Shown here: positions 47,101-60,000 of the stretch, piece after piece | How the letters are laid out: each line of letters starts with the position of its first letter | Position numbering within the stretch: position 1 is the stretch's first letter | From: Eledone cirrhosa | Lineage: Eukaryota | NCBI GenBank assembly: GCA_964016885.1 | Contig: OZ024764.1 | Coordinates: 28,892,001 to 28,956,000, forward strand | Length of the DNA stretch: 64,000 nt | Reading direction: 5' to 3' | Position numbers and translations under genes: made by a program | Notes under the pieces: generated by a model | Databases searched by the model: none | What the model saw: only the letters and a program-made list of their open reading frames with translations | What the model was told of the DNA's origin: nothing

Positions 47101-50100
47101 AGAGGATGAGAGAGATGGAACGAGAGAGAGGAAGAGAGAGATGGAACGAGAGAGAGGAAGACAGAGATGAAACGAGAGAGAGAGAGAGCAAGATGAAACG
47201 AGAGAGAGAGAGCGCGAGATGAAACTCTATCATGTAATGTTATTGATATATCTGCCCCTGTGGCTAATAATTGTCATGTAATGTTATGGTCATCTCTGCC
47301 CCTGTGGCTAATAATTCTGTCATGTAATGTTATGGACCTCTCCGCCCCCGTGGCTAATAATTCTGACATGTAATGTTATGGACATCTCTGCCCCTGTGGC
47401 TAATAACTCTGACATGTAATGTTATGGACATCTCTGCCCTGTGGCTAATAATTCTGACATGTAATGTTATGGACATCTCTGCCCCTGTGGCTAATAATTC
47501 TGAGAGAGATGAAACAAGTGAGGGATTGGAGAGAGATAAAACAAGTGAGGGATTAGAGTGTTGAAACAAGAGAGAGAGAGGAAGAGAGAGAGAGAGCGAG
47601 GTGAAATGAGACAGGGAGAGTGAGATGAAACGCGAGATGAAACGAGAGAGTGAGAGCGAGATGAAACGAGAGAGAGAGCGAGATGAAACGAGACAGAGAG
47701 AGCGAGATGTAATGAGAGAGAGAGAGAGCGGGATGGAACGAGACAGAGAGGAAACGAGAGAGAGGAAACGAGAGTAGAGAGCGAGATGAAACAGGAGAGA
47801 GAGAGCGAGATGAAACGAGAGGGAGAGAGAGATGAAACGAGGGAGATAGAGATGAAACGAGAGAGAGGAAGAGAGAGATGGAACGAGAGAGAGGAAGAGA
47901 GAGATGGAACGAGAGAGAGGAAGACAGAGATGAAACGAGAGAGAGCGAGATGAAACGAGAGAGCGAGATGAAACGAGAGAGCGAGATGAAACGAGAAAGA
48001 GAGCGAGATGAAACGAGAGAGAGGAAGAGAGAGAGCGCGAGATGGAACTCTGTCATGTAATGTTATGGACATATCTGCCCTTGGGGCTAATAATTGTCAT
48101 GTAATGTTATGGACATCATTGCCCCTGTGGCTAATAATTCTGTCATGTAATGTTCTGGACATCTCTGCCCCTGTGGCTAATAATTCTGACATGTAATGTT
48201 ATGGACATCTCTACCCCTGTGGCTAATAATTCTGACATGTAATGTTATGGACATCTCTGCCCCAGTGGCTAATAATTCTGACATGTAATGTTATGGACAT
48301 CTCTGCCCTGTGGCTAATAATTCTGACATGTAATGTTATGGACATCTCTGCCCCTGTGGCTAATAATTCTGAGAGAGATGAACCAAGTGAGGGATTAGAG
48401 AGAGATAAAACAAGTGAGGGATTAGAGTGTTGAAACAAGAGAGAGAGAGGAAGAGAGAGAGAGAGCGAGATGAAACAAGAGAGTGAGAGAAGCGAGATGA
48501 AACGAGAGAGTGAGAGCGAGATCAAACGAGAAAGAGAGAGAGCGAGATGAAACGAGACAGAGAGGAAACGAGAGAGAGAGGAAATGAGAGAGAGGAAACG
48601 AGAGTAGAGAGCGAGATGAAACAGGAGAGAGAGAGCGAAAAGAAACGAGCGGGAGAGAGAGATGAAACGAGAGAGCGAGAGAGAGATGAAACGAGGGAGA
48701 TAGAGATGAAACGAGAGAGAGGAAGAGAGAGATGGAACGAGAGAGAGGAAGAGAGAGATGGAACGAGAGAGAGGAAGACAGAGATGAAACGAGAGAGAGA
48801 GAGAGCGAGATGAAACGAGACAGAGAGAGCGCGAGATGAAACGAGAGAGAGAGAGCGCGAGATGAAACGACAGAGAGAGAGACAGATGAAAGGAGGGAGA
48901 TAGAGATGAAACGAGAGAGAGGATGAGAGAGATGGAACGAGAGAGAGGAAGAGAGAGATGGAACGAGAGAGAGGAAGACAGAGATGAAACGAGAGAGAGA
49001 GCAAGATGAAACGAGAGAGAGAGAGAGCGCAAGATGAAACGAGAGAGAGAGAGCGCGAGATGAAACTCTGTCATGTAATGTTATTGACATATCTGCCCCT
49101 GTGGCTAATAATTGTCATGTAATGTTATGGACATCTCTGCCCCTGTGGCTAATAATTCTGAGAGAGATGAAACAAGTGAGGGATTAGAGAGAGATAAAAC
49201 AAGTGAGGGATTAGAGTGTTGAAACAAGAGAGAGAGAGGAAGAGAGAGAGAGAGCGAGGTGAAATGAGACAGGGAGAGTGAGATGAAACGCGAGATGAAA
49301 CGAGAGAGTGAGAGCGAGATGAAACGAGAGAGAGAGAGAGCGAGATGAAACGAGACAGAGAGAGCGAGATGTAATGAGAGAGAGAGAGAGCGGGATGGAA
49401 CGAGACAGAGAGGAAACGAGAGAGAGGAAACGAGAGTAGAGAGCGAGATGAAACAGGAGAGAGAGAGCGAGATGAAACGAGAGGGAGAGAGAGATGAAAC
49501 GAGGGAGATAGAGATGAAACGAGAGAGAGGAAGAGAGAGATGGAACGAGAGAGAGGAAGAGAGAGATGGAACGAGAGAGAGTGAGAGCGGGATGAAACGA
49601 GAGAGGGAGAGCGAGATGAAACGAGAGAGAGAGAGCGAGATGAAATGAGAGAGAGAGAGCGAGATGAAACGGGAGGGAGAGAGAGATGAAACGAGAGAGA
49701 GGAAACGAGAGTAGAGAGCGAGATGAAACAGGAGAGAGAGAGAGCCAGATGAAACAGGAGAGAGAGAGCCAGATGAAATGAGAGGGAGAGAGAGATGAAA
49801 CGAGAGAGCGAGAGAGAGATGAAACGAGGGAGAGCGAGATGAAACGAGAGAGAGGAAGCGAGAGATGGAACGAGAGAGAGGAAGACAGAGATGGAACGAG
49901 AGAGAGGAAGACAGAGATGAAACGAGAGAGAGAGAGCGAGATGAAACAGGAGAGAGAGAGCGAGATGAAACGAGAGGGAGAGAGAGATGAAACGAGAGAG
50001 CGAGAGAGAGATGAAACAAGGGAGATAGAGATGAAACGAGAGAGAGGAAGAGAGAGAGGAAGAGAGAGATGGCACGAGAGAGAGGAAGACAGAGATGAAA

Positions 50101-51077
50101 CGAGAGAGAGAGAGCGAGATGAAACGAGAGAGAGAGAGCGCGACATGAAACGAGAGAGAGAGAGCGCGAGATGAAACGACAGAGAGCGAGACAGATGAAA
50201 GAAGGGAGATAGAGATGAAACGAGAGAGAGGAAGAGAGAGATGGAACGAGAGAGAGGAAGAGAGAGATGGAACGAGAGAGAGGAAGACAGAGATGAAACG
50301 AGAGAGAGAACGAGATGAAACGAGAGAGAGAGAGCGCAAGATGAAACGAGAGAGAGAGAGAGCGCGAGATGAAACGACAGAGAGAGAGACAGATGAAAGG
50401 AGGGAGATAGAGATGAAACGAGAGAGAGGATGAGAGAGATGGAACGAGAGAGAGGAATAGAGAGATGGAACGAGAGAGAGGAAGACAGAGATGAAACGAG
50501 AGAGAGAGAGAGCAAGACGAAACGAGAGAGAGAGGGCGCAAGATGAAACGAGAGAGAGAGAGCGCGAGATGAAACGACAGAGAGAGAGACAGATGAAAGA
50601 AGGGAGATAGAGATGAAACGAAAGAGAGGAAGAGAGAGATGGAACGAGAGAGAGGAAGAGAGAGATGGAACGAGAGAGAGGAAGACAGAGATGAAACGAG
50701 AGAGAGAGAGAGCGAGATGAAACGAGAGAGAGGAAGACAGAGATGAAACGAGAGAGAGGGAGAGCGAGATGAAACGAGAGAGAGAGAGCGCAAGATGAAA
50801 CTCTGTCATGTAATGTTATTGACATATCTGCCCCTGTGTCTAATAATTGTCATGTAATGTTATGGTCATCTCTGCCCCTGTGGCTAATAATTCTGTCATG
50901 TAATGTTATGGACATCTCTGCCCCTGTGGCTAATAATTCTGACATGTAATGTTATGGACATCTCTGCCCCTGTGGCTAATAATTCTGACAAGTAATGTTA
51001 TGGAAATCTCTGCCCCTGTGGCTAATAATTCTGTCATGTAATGTTATGGACATCTCTGCCCCTGTGGCTAATAAATC
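41131..51077 (-). repeat. Composite satellite block 2, left arm (orientation B), 10 GA-rich modules separated by 46-bp runs
   Basis: Modules at ~41373-42045, 42505-43090, 43185-43834, 43974-44571, 44804-45382, 45523-46249, 46527-47225, 47503-48048, 48372-49066 and 49161-50801. Confidence 0.95.
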
Positions 51078-51078
51078 A

Positions 51079-54000
51079 GAATTATTAGCCACAGGGGCAG
51101 AGATGTCCATAACATTACATGTCAGAATTATTAGCCACAGGGGCAGAGATGTCCATAACATTACATGACAGATTTATTAGCCACAGGGGCAGAGATGTCC
51201 ATAACATTACATGTCAGAATTATTAGCCACAGGGGCAGAGATGTCCATAACATTACATGACAGATTTATTAGCCACAGGGGCAGAGATGTCCATAACATT
51301 ACATGTCATATTTATTAGCCACAGGGGCAGAGATGTCCATAACATTACATGTCAGAATTATTAGCCACAGGGGCAGAGATGTCCATAACATTACATGACA
51401 GATTTATTAGCCACAGGGGCAGAGATGTCCATAACATTACATGACAGAATTATTAGCCACAGGGGCAGAGATGTCCATAACATTACATGACAGAATTATT
51501 AGCCACAGGGGCAGAGATTTCCATAACATTACATGACAATTATTAGCCCCAAGGGCAGATATGTCCATAACATTACATGACAGACTTCCATCTCGCGCTC
51601 TCTCTCTCTCGTTTCATCTTGCGCTCTCTCTCTTCCTCTCTCTCGTTTCATCTTGCTCTCTCTCTCGTTTCATCTCGCGTTCTCTCTCTTCCTCTCTCTC
51701 GTTTCATCTCGCTCTCTCTCTCTCTCGTTTCATCTCTGTCTTCCTCTCTCTCGTTCCATCTCTCTCTTCCTCTCTCTCGTTCCATCTCTCTCTTCCTCTC
51801 TCTCGTTTCATCTCTCTCTCTCGTTTCATCTCTATCTCCCTCGTTTCATCTGTCTCTCTCTCTGTCGTTTCATCTCCCTCTATCTCTCTCTCGCTCTCTC
51901 GTTTCATCTCACTCTCCCTCTCGTTTCATCTCGCTCTCTCTCTCCTGTTTCATCTCGCTCTCTCTCTCCTGTTTCATCTCGCTCTCTACTCTCGTTTCCT
52001 CTCTCTCGTATCCTCTCTCTCGTTTCCTCTCTCTCTCGTTTCCTCTCTCTATCGTTTCCTCTAGCTCTCACTCTCTCGTTTCATCTCGCTCTCTCTCTCT
52101 CATTTCATCTTGCTCTCTCTCTCTCTCGTTTCATCTCGCTCTAATCTGTCTCGTTTCATTTCGCTCTCTCTCTCTCTCGTTTCACCTCGCTCTCTCTGTC
52201 TCGTTTCATCTCGCTCTCTCTCTCTCATTTCATCTCGCTCTCTCTCTCTCATTTCATCTCGCTCTCTCTCTCTCGTTTCATCTCGCTCTCACTCTCTCAT
52301 TTCATCTCGCTCTCTCTCTCTCGTTTGATCTCGCTCTCACTCTCTCTTCCTCTCTCTCTCTTGTTTCAACACTCTAATCCCTCACTTGTTTCATCTCTCT
52401 CTTATCCCTCACTTGTTTCATCTCTCTCAGAATTATTAGCCACAGGGGCAGAGATATCCATAACATTACATGTCAGAATTATTAGCCACAGGGGAAGAGA
52501 TGTCCAAAACATTACATGACAGATTTATTAGCCACAGGCGCAGAGATGTCCATAACATTACATGACGAATTTATTAGCCACAGGGGCAGAGATGTCCATA
52601 ACATTACATGACATAATTATTAGCCACAGGGACAGAGGTGTCCATAACATTACATGACAGAATTATTTGCCACAGGGGCAGAGATGTACATAACATTACA
52701 TGACAATTATTAGCCCCAAGGGTAGATATGTCCATAACATTACATGACAATTATTAGCCCCAAGGGCAGATATGTCCATAACATTACATGACAGACTTTC
52801 ATCTCGCGCTCTCTCTCTTCCTCTCTCTCGTTTCATCTCGCTCTCTCTCTCGTTTCATCTCGCTCTCTCTCTCTCGTTTCATCTCGCGCTCTCTTCCTCT
52901 CTCTCGTTTCATCTCGCTCTCTCTCTCTCTCGTTTCATATCTGTCTTCCTCTCTCTCGTTCCATCTCTCTATTCCTCTCTCTCTCGTTTCATCTAGCTAT
53001 CACTCTCTCGTTTCATCTCCCTCTATCTCTCTCTCGCTCTCTCGTTTCATCTCTCCCTCCCTCTCGTTTCATCTCGCTCTCTCTCTCCGGTTTCATCTCG
53101 CTCTCTCTCTCTCCTGTTTCATCTTGCTCTCTACTCTCGTTTCCTCTCTCTCGTTTCCTCTCTCTCTCATTTCCTCTCTCTCTCGTTTCATCTAGCTCTC
53201 ACTCTCTCGTTTCATCTCGCTCTCTCTGACTCGTTCCATCTCGCTCTCACTCTCTCGTTTCATCTCGCTCTCTCTCTCTCATTTCATCTCGCTCTCTCTC
53301 TCTCATTTCATCTCGATCTCTCTGTCTCGTTTCATCCCGCTCTCTCTGTCTCGTTTCATCTCGCTCTCTCTCTCTCATTTCATCTCGCTCTCTCTCTGTC
53401 ATTTCATCTCGCTCTCTCTCACTCTCTCGTTTCATCTCACTCTCAATCTCTCATTTCATCTCGCTCTCTCTCTCTCATTTCATCTCGCGCTCTCTCTCTT
53501 CCTCTCTCTCGTTTCATCTCGCGCTCTCTCTCCTCCTCTCTCTCGTTTCATCTCGCTCTCTCTCTCTCTCTCGTTTCATCTTGCGCTCTCTCTCTTCCTC
53601 TCTCTCGTTTCATCTCGATCTCTCTCTGTCTCGTTTCATCTCTGTCTTCCTCTCGCTCGTTCCATCTCTCTCTTCCTCTCTCTCGTTCCATCTCTCTCTT
53701 CCTCTCTCTCGTTTCATCTCTCTCTCTCGTTTCATCTTGCTCTCTCTCTCTCTCGTTTCATCTCTGTCTTCCTCTCTCTCGTTCCATCTCTCCCTTCCTC
53801 TCTCTCGTTCCATCTCTCTCTTCCTCTCTCTCGTTTCATCTCTCTCTCTCGTTTCATCTCTATCTCCCTCGTTTCATCTGTCTCTCTCTCTGTCGTTTCA
53901 TCTCCCTCTATCTCTCTCTCGCTCTCTCGTTTCATCTCTCTCTCCCTCTCGTTTCATCTCGCTCTCTCTCTCCTGTTTCATCTCGCTCTCTCTCTCCTGT

Positions 54001-57000
54001 TTCATCTCGCTCTCTACTCTCGTTTCCTCTCTCTCGTTTCGTCTCTCTCGTTTCCTCTCTCTCTCGTTTCATCTAGCTCTCCCACTCTCGTTCCATCTCG
54101 CTCTCACTCTCTCGTTTCATCTCGCTCTCTCTCTCTCATTTCATCTCGCTCTCTCTCTCTCGTTTCATCTCGCTCTCTCTGTCTCGTTTCATCTCGCTCT
54201 CGCTCTCTCTGTCTCGTTTCATCCCGCTCTCTCTGTCTCGTTTCATCTCGCTCTCTCTCTCTCATTTCATCTCGCTCTCTCTCTCTCATTTCATCTCGCT
54301 CTCTCTCTCTCTCTCGTTTCATCTCGCTCTCACTCTCTCATTTCATCTCGCTCTCTCTCGTTTGATTTCGCTCTCACTCTCTCTTCCTCTCTCTCTCTCT
54401 TGTTTCAACACTCTAATCCCTCACTTGTTTCATCTCTCTCTAATCCCTCACTTTATTCATCTCTCTCAGAATTATTAGCCACAGGGGCAGAGATGTCCAT
54501 AACATTACATGTCAGAATTATTAGCCACAGGGGCAGAGATGTCCATAACATTACATGACAGATTTATTAGCCACAGGGGCAGAGATGTCCATAACATTAC
54601 ATGTCATATTTATTAGCCACAGGGGCAGAGATGTCCATAACATTACATGTCAGAATTATTAGCCACAGGGGCAGAGATGTCCATAACATTACATGACAGA
54701 TTTATTAGCCACAGGGGCAGAGATGTCCATAACATTACATGACAGAATTATTAGCCACAGGGGCAGAGATGTCCATAACATTACATGAAAGAATTATTAG
54801 CCACAGAGGCAGAGATTTCCATAACATTACATGACAATTATTAGCCCCAAGGGCAGATATGTCCATAACATTACATGACAGACTTTCATCTCGCGCTCTC
54901 TCTCTCGTTTCATCTTGCGCTCTCTCTCTTCCTCTCTCTCGTTTCATCTTGCTCTCTCTCTCTCTCGTTTCATCTCGCGTTCTCTCTTCCTCTCTCTCGT
55001 TTCATCTCGCTCTCTCTCTCTCTCGTTTCATCTCTGTCTTCCTCTCTCTCGTTCCATCTCTCTCTTCCTCTCTCTCGTTCCATCTCTCTCTTCCTCTCTC
55101 TCGTTTCATCTCTCTCTCTCGTTTCATCTCTATCTCCCTCGTTTCATCTGTCTCTCTCTCTGTCGTTTCATCTCCCTCTATCTCTCTCTCGCTCTCTCGT
55201 TTCATCTCTCTCTCCCTCTCGTTTCATCTCGCTCTCTCTCTCCTGTTTCATCTCGCTCTCTCTCTCCTGTTTCATCTCGCTCTCTACTCTCGTTTCCTCT
55301 CTCTCGTATCCTCTCTCTCGTTTCCTCTCTCTCTCGTTTCCTCTAGCTCTCACTCTCTCGTTTCATCTCGCTCTCTCTCTCTCATTTCATCTCGCTCTCT
55401 CTCTCTCGTTTCATCTCGCTCTAATCTGTCTCGTTTCATTTCGCTCTCTCTCTCTCTCGTTTCATCTCGCTCTCTCTGTCTCGTTTCATCTCGCTCTCTC
55501 TCTCTCATTTCATCTCGCTCTCGCTCTCTCATTTCATCTCGCTCTCTCTCTCTCGTTTCATCTCGCTCTCACTCTCTCATTTCATCTCGCTCTCTCTCTC
55601 TCGTTTGATCTCGCTCTCACTCTCTCTTCCTCTCTCTCTCTTGTTTCAACACTCTAATCCCTCATTTGTTTCATCTCTCTCTTATCCCTCACTTGTTTCA
55701 TCTCTCTCAGAATTATTAGCCAGAGGGGCAGAGATATCCATAACATTACATGTCAGAATTATTAGCCACAGGGGCAGAGATGTCCATAACATTACATGAC
55801 AGATTTATTAGCCACAGGGGCAGAGATGTCCATAACATTACATGACGAATTTATTAGCCACAGGGGCAGAGATGTCCATAACATTACATGACAGAATTAT
55901 TAGCCACAGGGGCAGAGATGTCCATAACATTACATGTCAGAATTATTAGCCACAGGGGCAGAGATGTCCATAACATTACATGACAGATTTATTAGCCACA
56001 GGGGCAGAGATGTCCATAACATTACATGTCAGAATTATTAGCCACAGGGGCAGAGATGTCCATAACATTACATGACAGATTTATTAGCCACAGGGGCAGA
56101 GATGTCCATAACATTACATGTCATATTTATTAGCCACAGGGGCAGAGATGTCCATAACATTACATGTCAGAATTATTAGCCACAGGGGCAGAGATGTCCA
56201 TAACATTACATGACAGATTTATTAGCCACAGGGGCAGAGATGTCCATAACATTACATGACAGAATTATTAGCCACAGGGGCAGAGATGTCCATAACATTA
56301 CATGACAGAATTATTAGCCACAGGGGCAGAGATTTCCATAACATTACATGACAATTATTAGCCCCAAGGGCAGATATGTCCATAACATTACATGACAGAC
56401 TTTCATCTCGCGCTCTCTCTCTCTCGTTTCATCTTGCGCTCTCTCTCTTCCTCTCTCTCGTTTCATCTTGCTCTCTCTCTCGTTTCATCTCGCGTTCTCT
56501 CTCTTCCTCTCTCTCGTTTCATCTCGCTCTCTCTCTCTCTCGTTTCATCTCTGTCTTCCTCTCTCTCGTTCCATCTCTCTCTTCCTCTCTCTCGTTCCAT
56601 CTCTCTCTTCCTCTCTCTCGTTTCATCTCTCTCTCTCGTTTCATCTCTATCTCCCTCGTTTCATCTGTCTCTCTCTCTGTCGTTTCATCTCCCTCTATCT
56701 CTCTCTCGCTCTCTCGTTTCATCTCACTCTCCCTCTCGTTTCATCTCGCTCTCTCTCTCCTGTTTCATCTCGCTCTCTCTCTCCTGTTTCATCTCGCTCT
56801 TTACTCTCGTTTCCTCTCTCTCGTATCCTCTCTCTCGTTTCCTCTCTCTCTCGTTTCCTGTCTCTATAGTTTCCTCTAGCTCTCACTCTCTCGTTTCATC
56901 TCGCTCTCTCTCTCTCATTTCATCTTGCTCTCTCTCTCTCGTTTCATCTCGCTCTAATCTGTCTCGTTTCATTTCGCTCTCTCTCTCTCTCGTTTCACCT

Positions 57001-60000
57001 CGCTCTCTCTGTCTCGTTTCATCTCGCTCTCTCTCTCTCATTTCATCTCGCTCTCTCTCTCTCATTTCATCTCGCTCTCTCTCTCTCGTTTCATCTCGCT
57101 CTCACTCTCTCATTTCATCTCGCTCTCTCTCTCTCGTTTGATCTCGCTCTCACTCTCTCTTCCTCTCTCTCTCTTGTTTCAACACTCTAATCCCTCACTT
57201 GTTTCATCTATCTCTTATCCCTCACTTGTTTCATCTCTCTCAGAATTATTAGCCACAGGGGCAGAGATATCCATAACATTACATGTCAGAATTATTAGCC
57301 ACAGGGGAAGAGATGTCCAAAACATTACATGACAGATTTATTAGCCACAGGGGCAGAGATGTCCATAACATTACATGACGAATTTATTAGCCACAGGGGC
57401 AGAGATGTCCATAACATTACATGACAGAATTATTAGCCACAGGGGCAGAGATGTCCATAACATTACATGACATAATTATTAGCCACAGGGACAGAGGTAT
57501 CCATAACATTACATGACAGAATTATTTGCCACAGGGGCAGAGATGTACATAACATTACATGACAATTATTAGCCCCAAGGGTAGATATGTCCATAACATT
57601 ACATGACAGTTATTAGCCCCAAGGGCAGATATGTCCATAACATTACATGACAGACTTTCATCTCGCGCTCTTTCTCTTCCTCTCTCTCGTTTCATCTCGC
57701 TCTCTCTCTCGTTTCATCTCGCTCTCTCTCTCTCGTTTCATCTCGCGCTCTCTCTCTTCCTCTCTCTCGTTTCATCTCGCTATCTCTCTCTCTCGTTTCA
57801 TATCTGTCTTCCTCTCTCTCGTTCCATCTCTCTATTCCTCTCTCTCTCGTTTCATCTAGCTATCACTCTCTCGTTTCATCTCCCTCGATCTCTCTCTCGC
57901 TCTCTCGTTTCATCTCTCCCTCCCTCTCGTTTCATCTCGCTCTCTCTCTCCGGTTTCATCTCGCTCTCTCTCTCTCCTGTTTCATCTTGCTCTCTACTCT
58001 CGTTTCCTCTCTCTCGTTTCCTCTCTCTCGTTTCCTCTCTCTCTCGTTTCCTCTCTCTCTCGTTTCATCTAGCTCTCACTCTCTCGTTTCATCTCGCTCT
58101 CTCTGACTCGTTCCATCTCGCTCTCACTCTCTCGTTTCATCTCGCTCTCTCTCTCTCATTTCATCTCGCTCTCTCTCTCTCATTTCATCTCGATCTCTCT
58201 GTCTCGTTTCATCCCGCTCTCTCTGTCTCGTTTCATCTCGCTCTCTCTCTCTCATTTCATCTCGCTCTCTCTCTGTCATTTCATCTCGCTCTCTCTCACT
58301 CTCTCGTTTCATCTCACTCTCAATCTCTCATTTCATCTCGCTCTCTCTCTCTCATTTCATCTCGCGCTCTCTCTCTTCCTCTCTCTCGTTTCATCTCGCG
58401 CTCTCTCTCTTCCTCTCTCTCGTTTCATCTCGCTCTCTCTCTCTCTCTCGTTTCATCTTGCGCTCTCTCTCTTCCTCTCTCTCGTTTCATCTCGATCTCT
58501 CTCTGTCTCGTTTCATCTCTGTCTTCCTCTCGCTCGTTCCATCTCTCTCTTCCTCTCTCTCGTTCCATCTCTCTCTTCCTCTCTCTCGTTTCATCTCTCT
58601 CTCTCGTTTCATCTTGCTCTCTCTCTCTCTCGTTTCATCTCTGTCTTCCTCTCTCTCGTTCCATCTCTCCCTTCCTCTCTCTCGTTCCATCTCTCTCTTC
58701 CTCTCTCTCGTTTCATCTCTCTCTCTCGTTTCATCTCTATCTCCCTCGTTTCATCTGTCTCTCTCTCTGTCGTTTCATCTCCCTCTATCTCGCTCTCTCG
58801 TTTCATCTCTCTCTCCCTCTCGTTTCATCTCGCTCTCTCTCTACTGTTTCATCTCGCTCTCTCTATCCTGTTTCAGTTCGCTCTCTACTCTCGTTTCCTC
58901 TCTCTCGTTTCGTCTCTCTCGTTTCCTCTCTCTCTCGTTTCATCTAGCTCTCCCACTCTCGTTTCATCTCGCTCTCTCTGTCTCGTTCCATCTCGCTCTC
59001 ACTCTCTCGTTTCATCTCGCTCTCTCTCTCTCATTTCATCTCGCTCTCTCTCTCTCATTTCATCTCGCTCTCTCTCTCTCGTTTCATCTCGCTCTCTCTG
59101 TCTCGTTTCATCTCGCTCTCGCTCTCTCTGTCTCGTTTCATCCCGCTCTCTCTGTCTCGTTTCATCTCGCTCTCTCTCTCTCATTTCATCTCGCTGTCTC
59201 TCTCTCATTTCATCTCGCTCTCTCTCTCTCTCTCGTTTCATCTCGCTCTCACTCTCTCATTTCATCTCGCTCTCTCTCGTTTGATTTCGCTCTCACTCTC
59301 TCTTCCTCTCTCTCTCTCTCTTGTTTCAACACTCTAATCCCTCACTTGTTTCATCTCTCTCTAATCCCTCACTTGTTTCATCTCTCTCAGAATTATTAGC
59401 CACAGGGGCAGAGATGTCCATAACATTACATGTCAGAATTATTAGCCACAGGGGCAGAGATGTCCATAACATTACATGACAGATTTATTAGCCACAGGGG
59501 CAGAGATGTCCATAACATTACATGTCATATTTATTAGCCACAGGGGCAGAGATGTCCATAACATTACATGTCAGAATTATTAGCCACAGGGGCAGAGATG
59601 TCCATAACATTACATGACAGATTTATTAGCCACAGGGGCAGAGATGTCCATAACATTACATGACAGAATTATTAGCCACAGGGGCAGAGATGTCCATAAC
59701 ATTACATGAAAGAATTATTAGCCACAGAGGCAGAGATTTCCATAACATTACATGACAATTATTAGCCCCAAGGGCAGATATGTCCATAACATTACATGAC
59801 AGACTTTCATCTCGCGCTCTCTCTCTCGTTTCATCTTGCGCTCTCTCTCTTCCTCTCTCTCGTTTCATCTTGCTCTCTCTCTCTCTCGTTTCATCTCGCG
59901 TTCTCTCTTCCTCTCTCTCGTTTCATCTCGCTCTCTCTCTCTCTCGTTTCATCTCTGTCTTCCTCTCTCTCGTTCCATCTCTCTCTTCCTCTCTCTCGTT

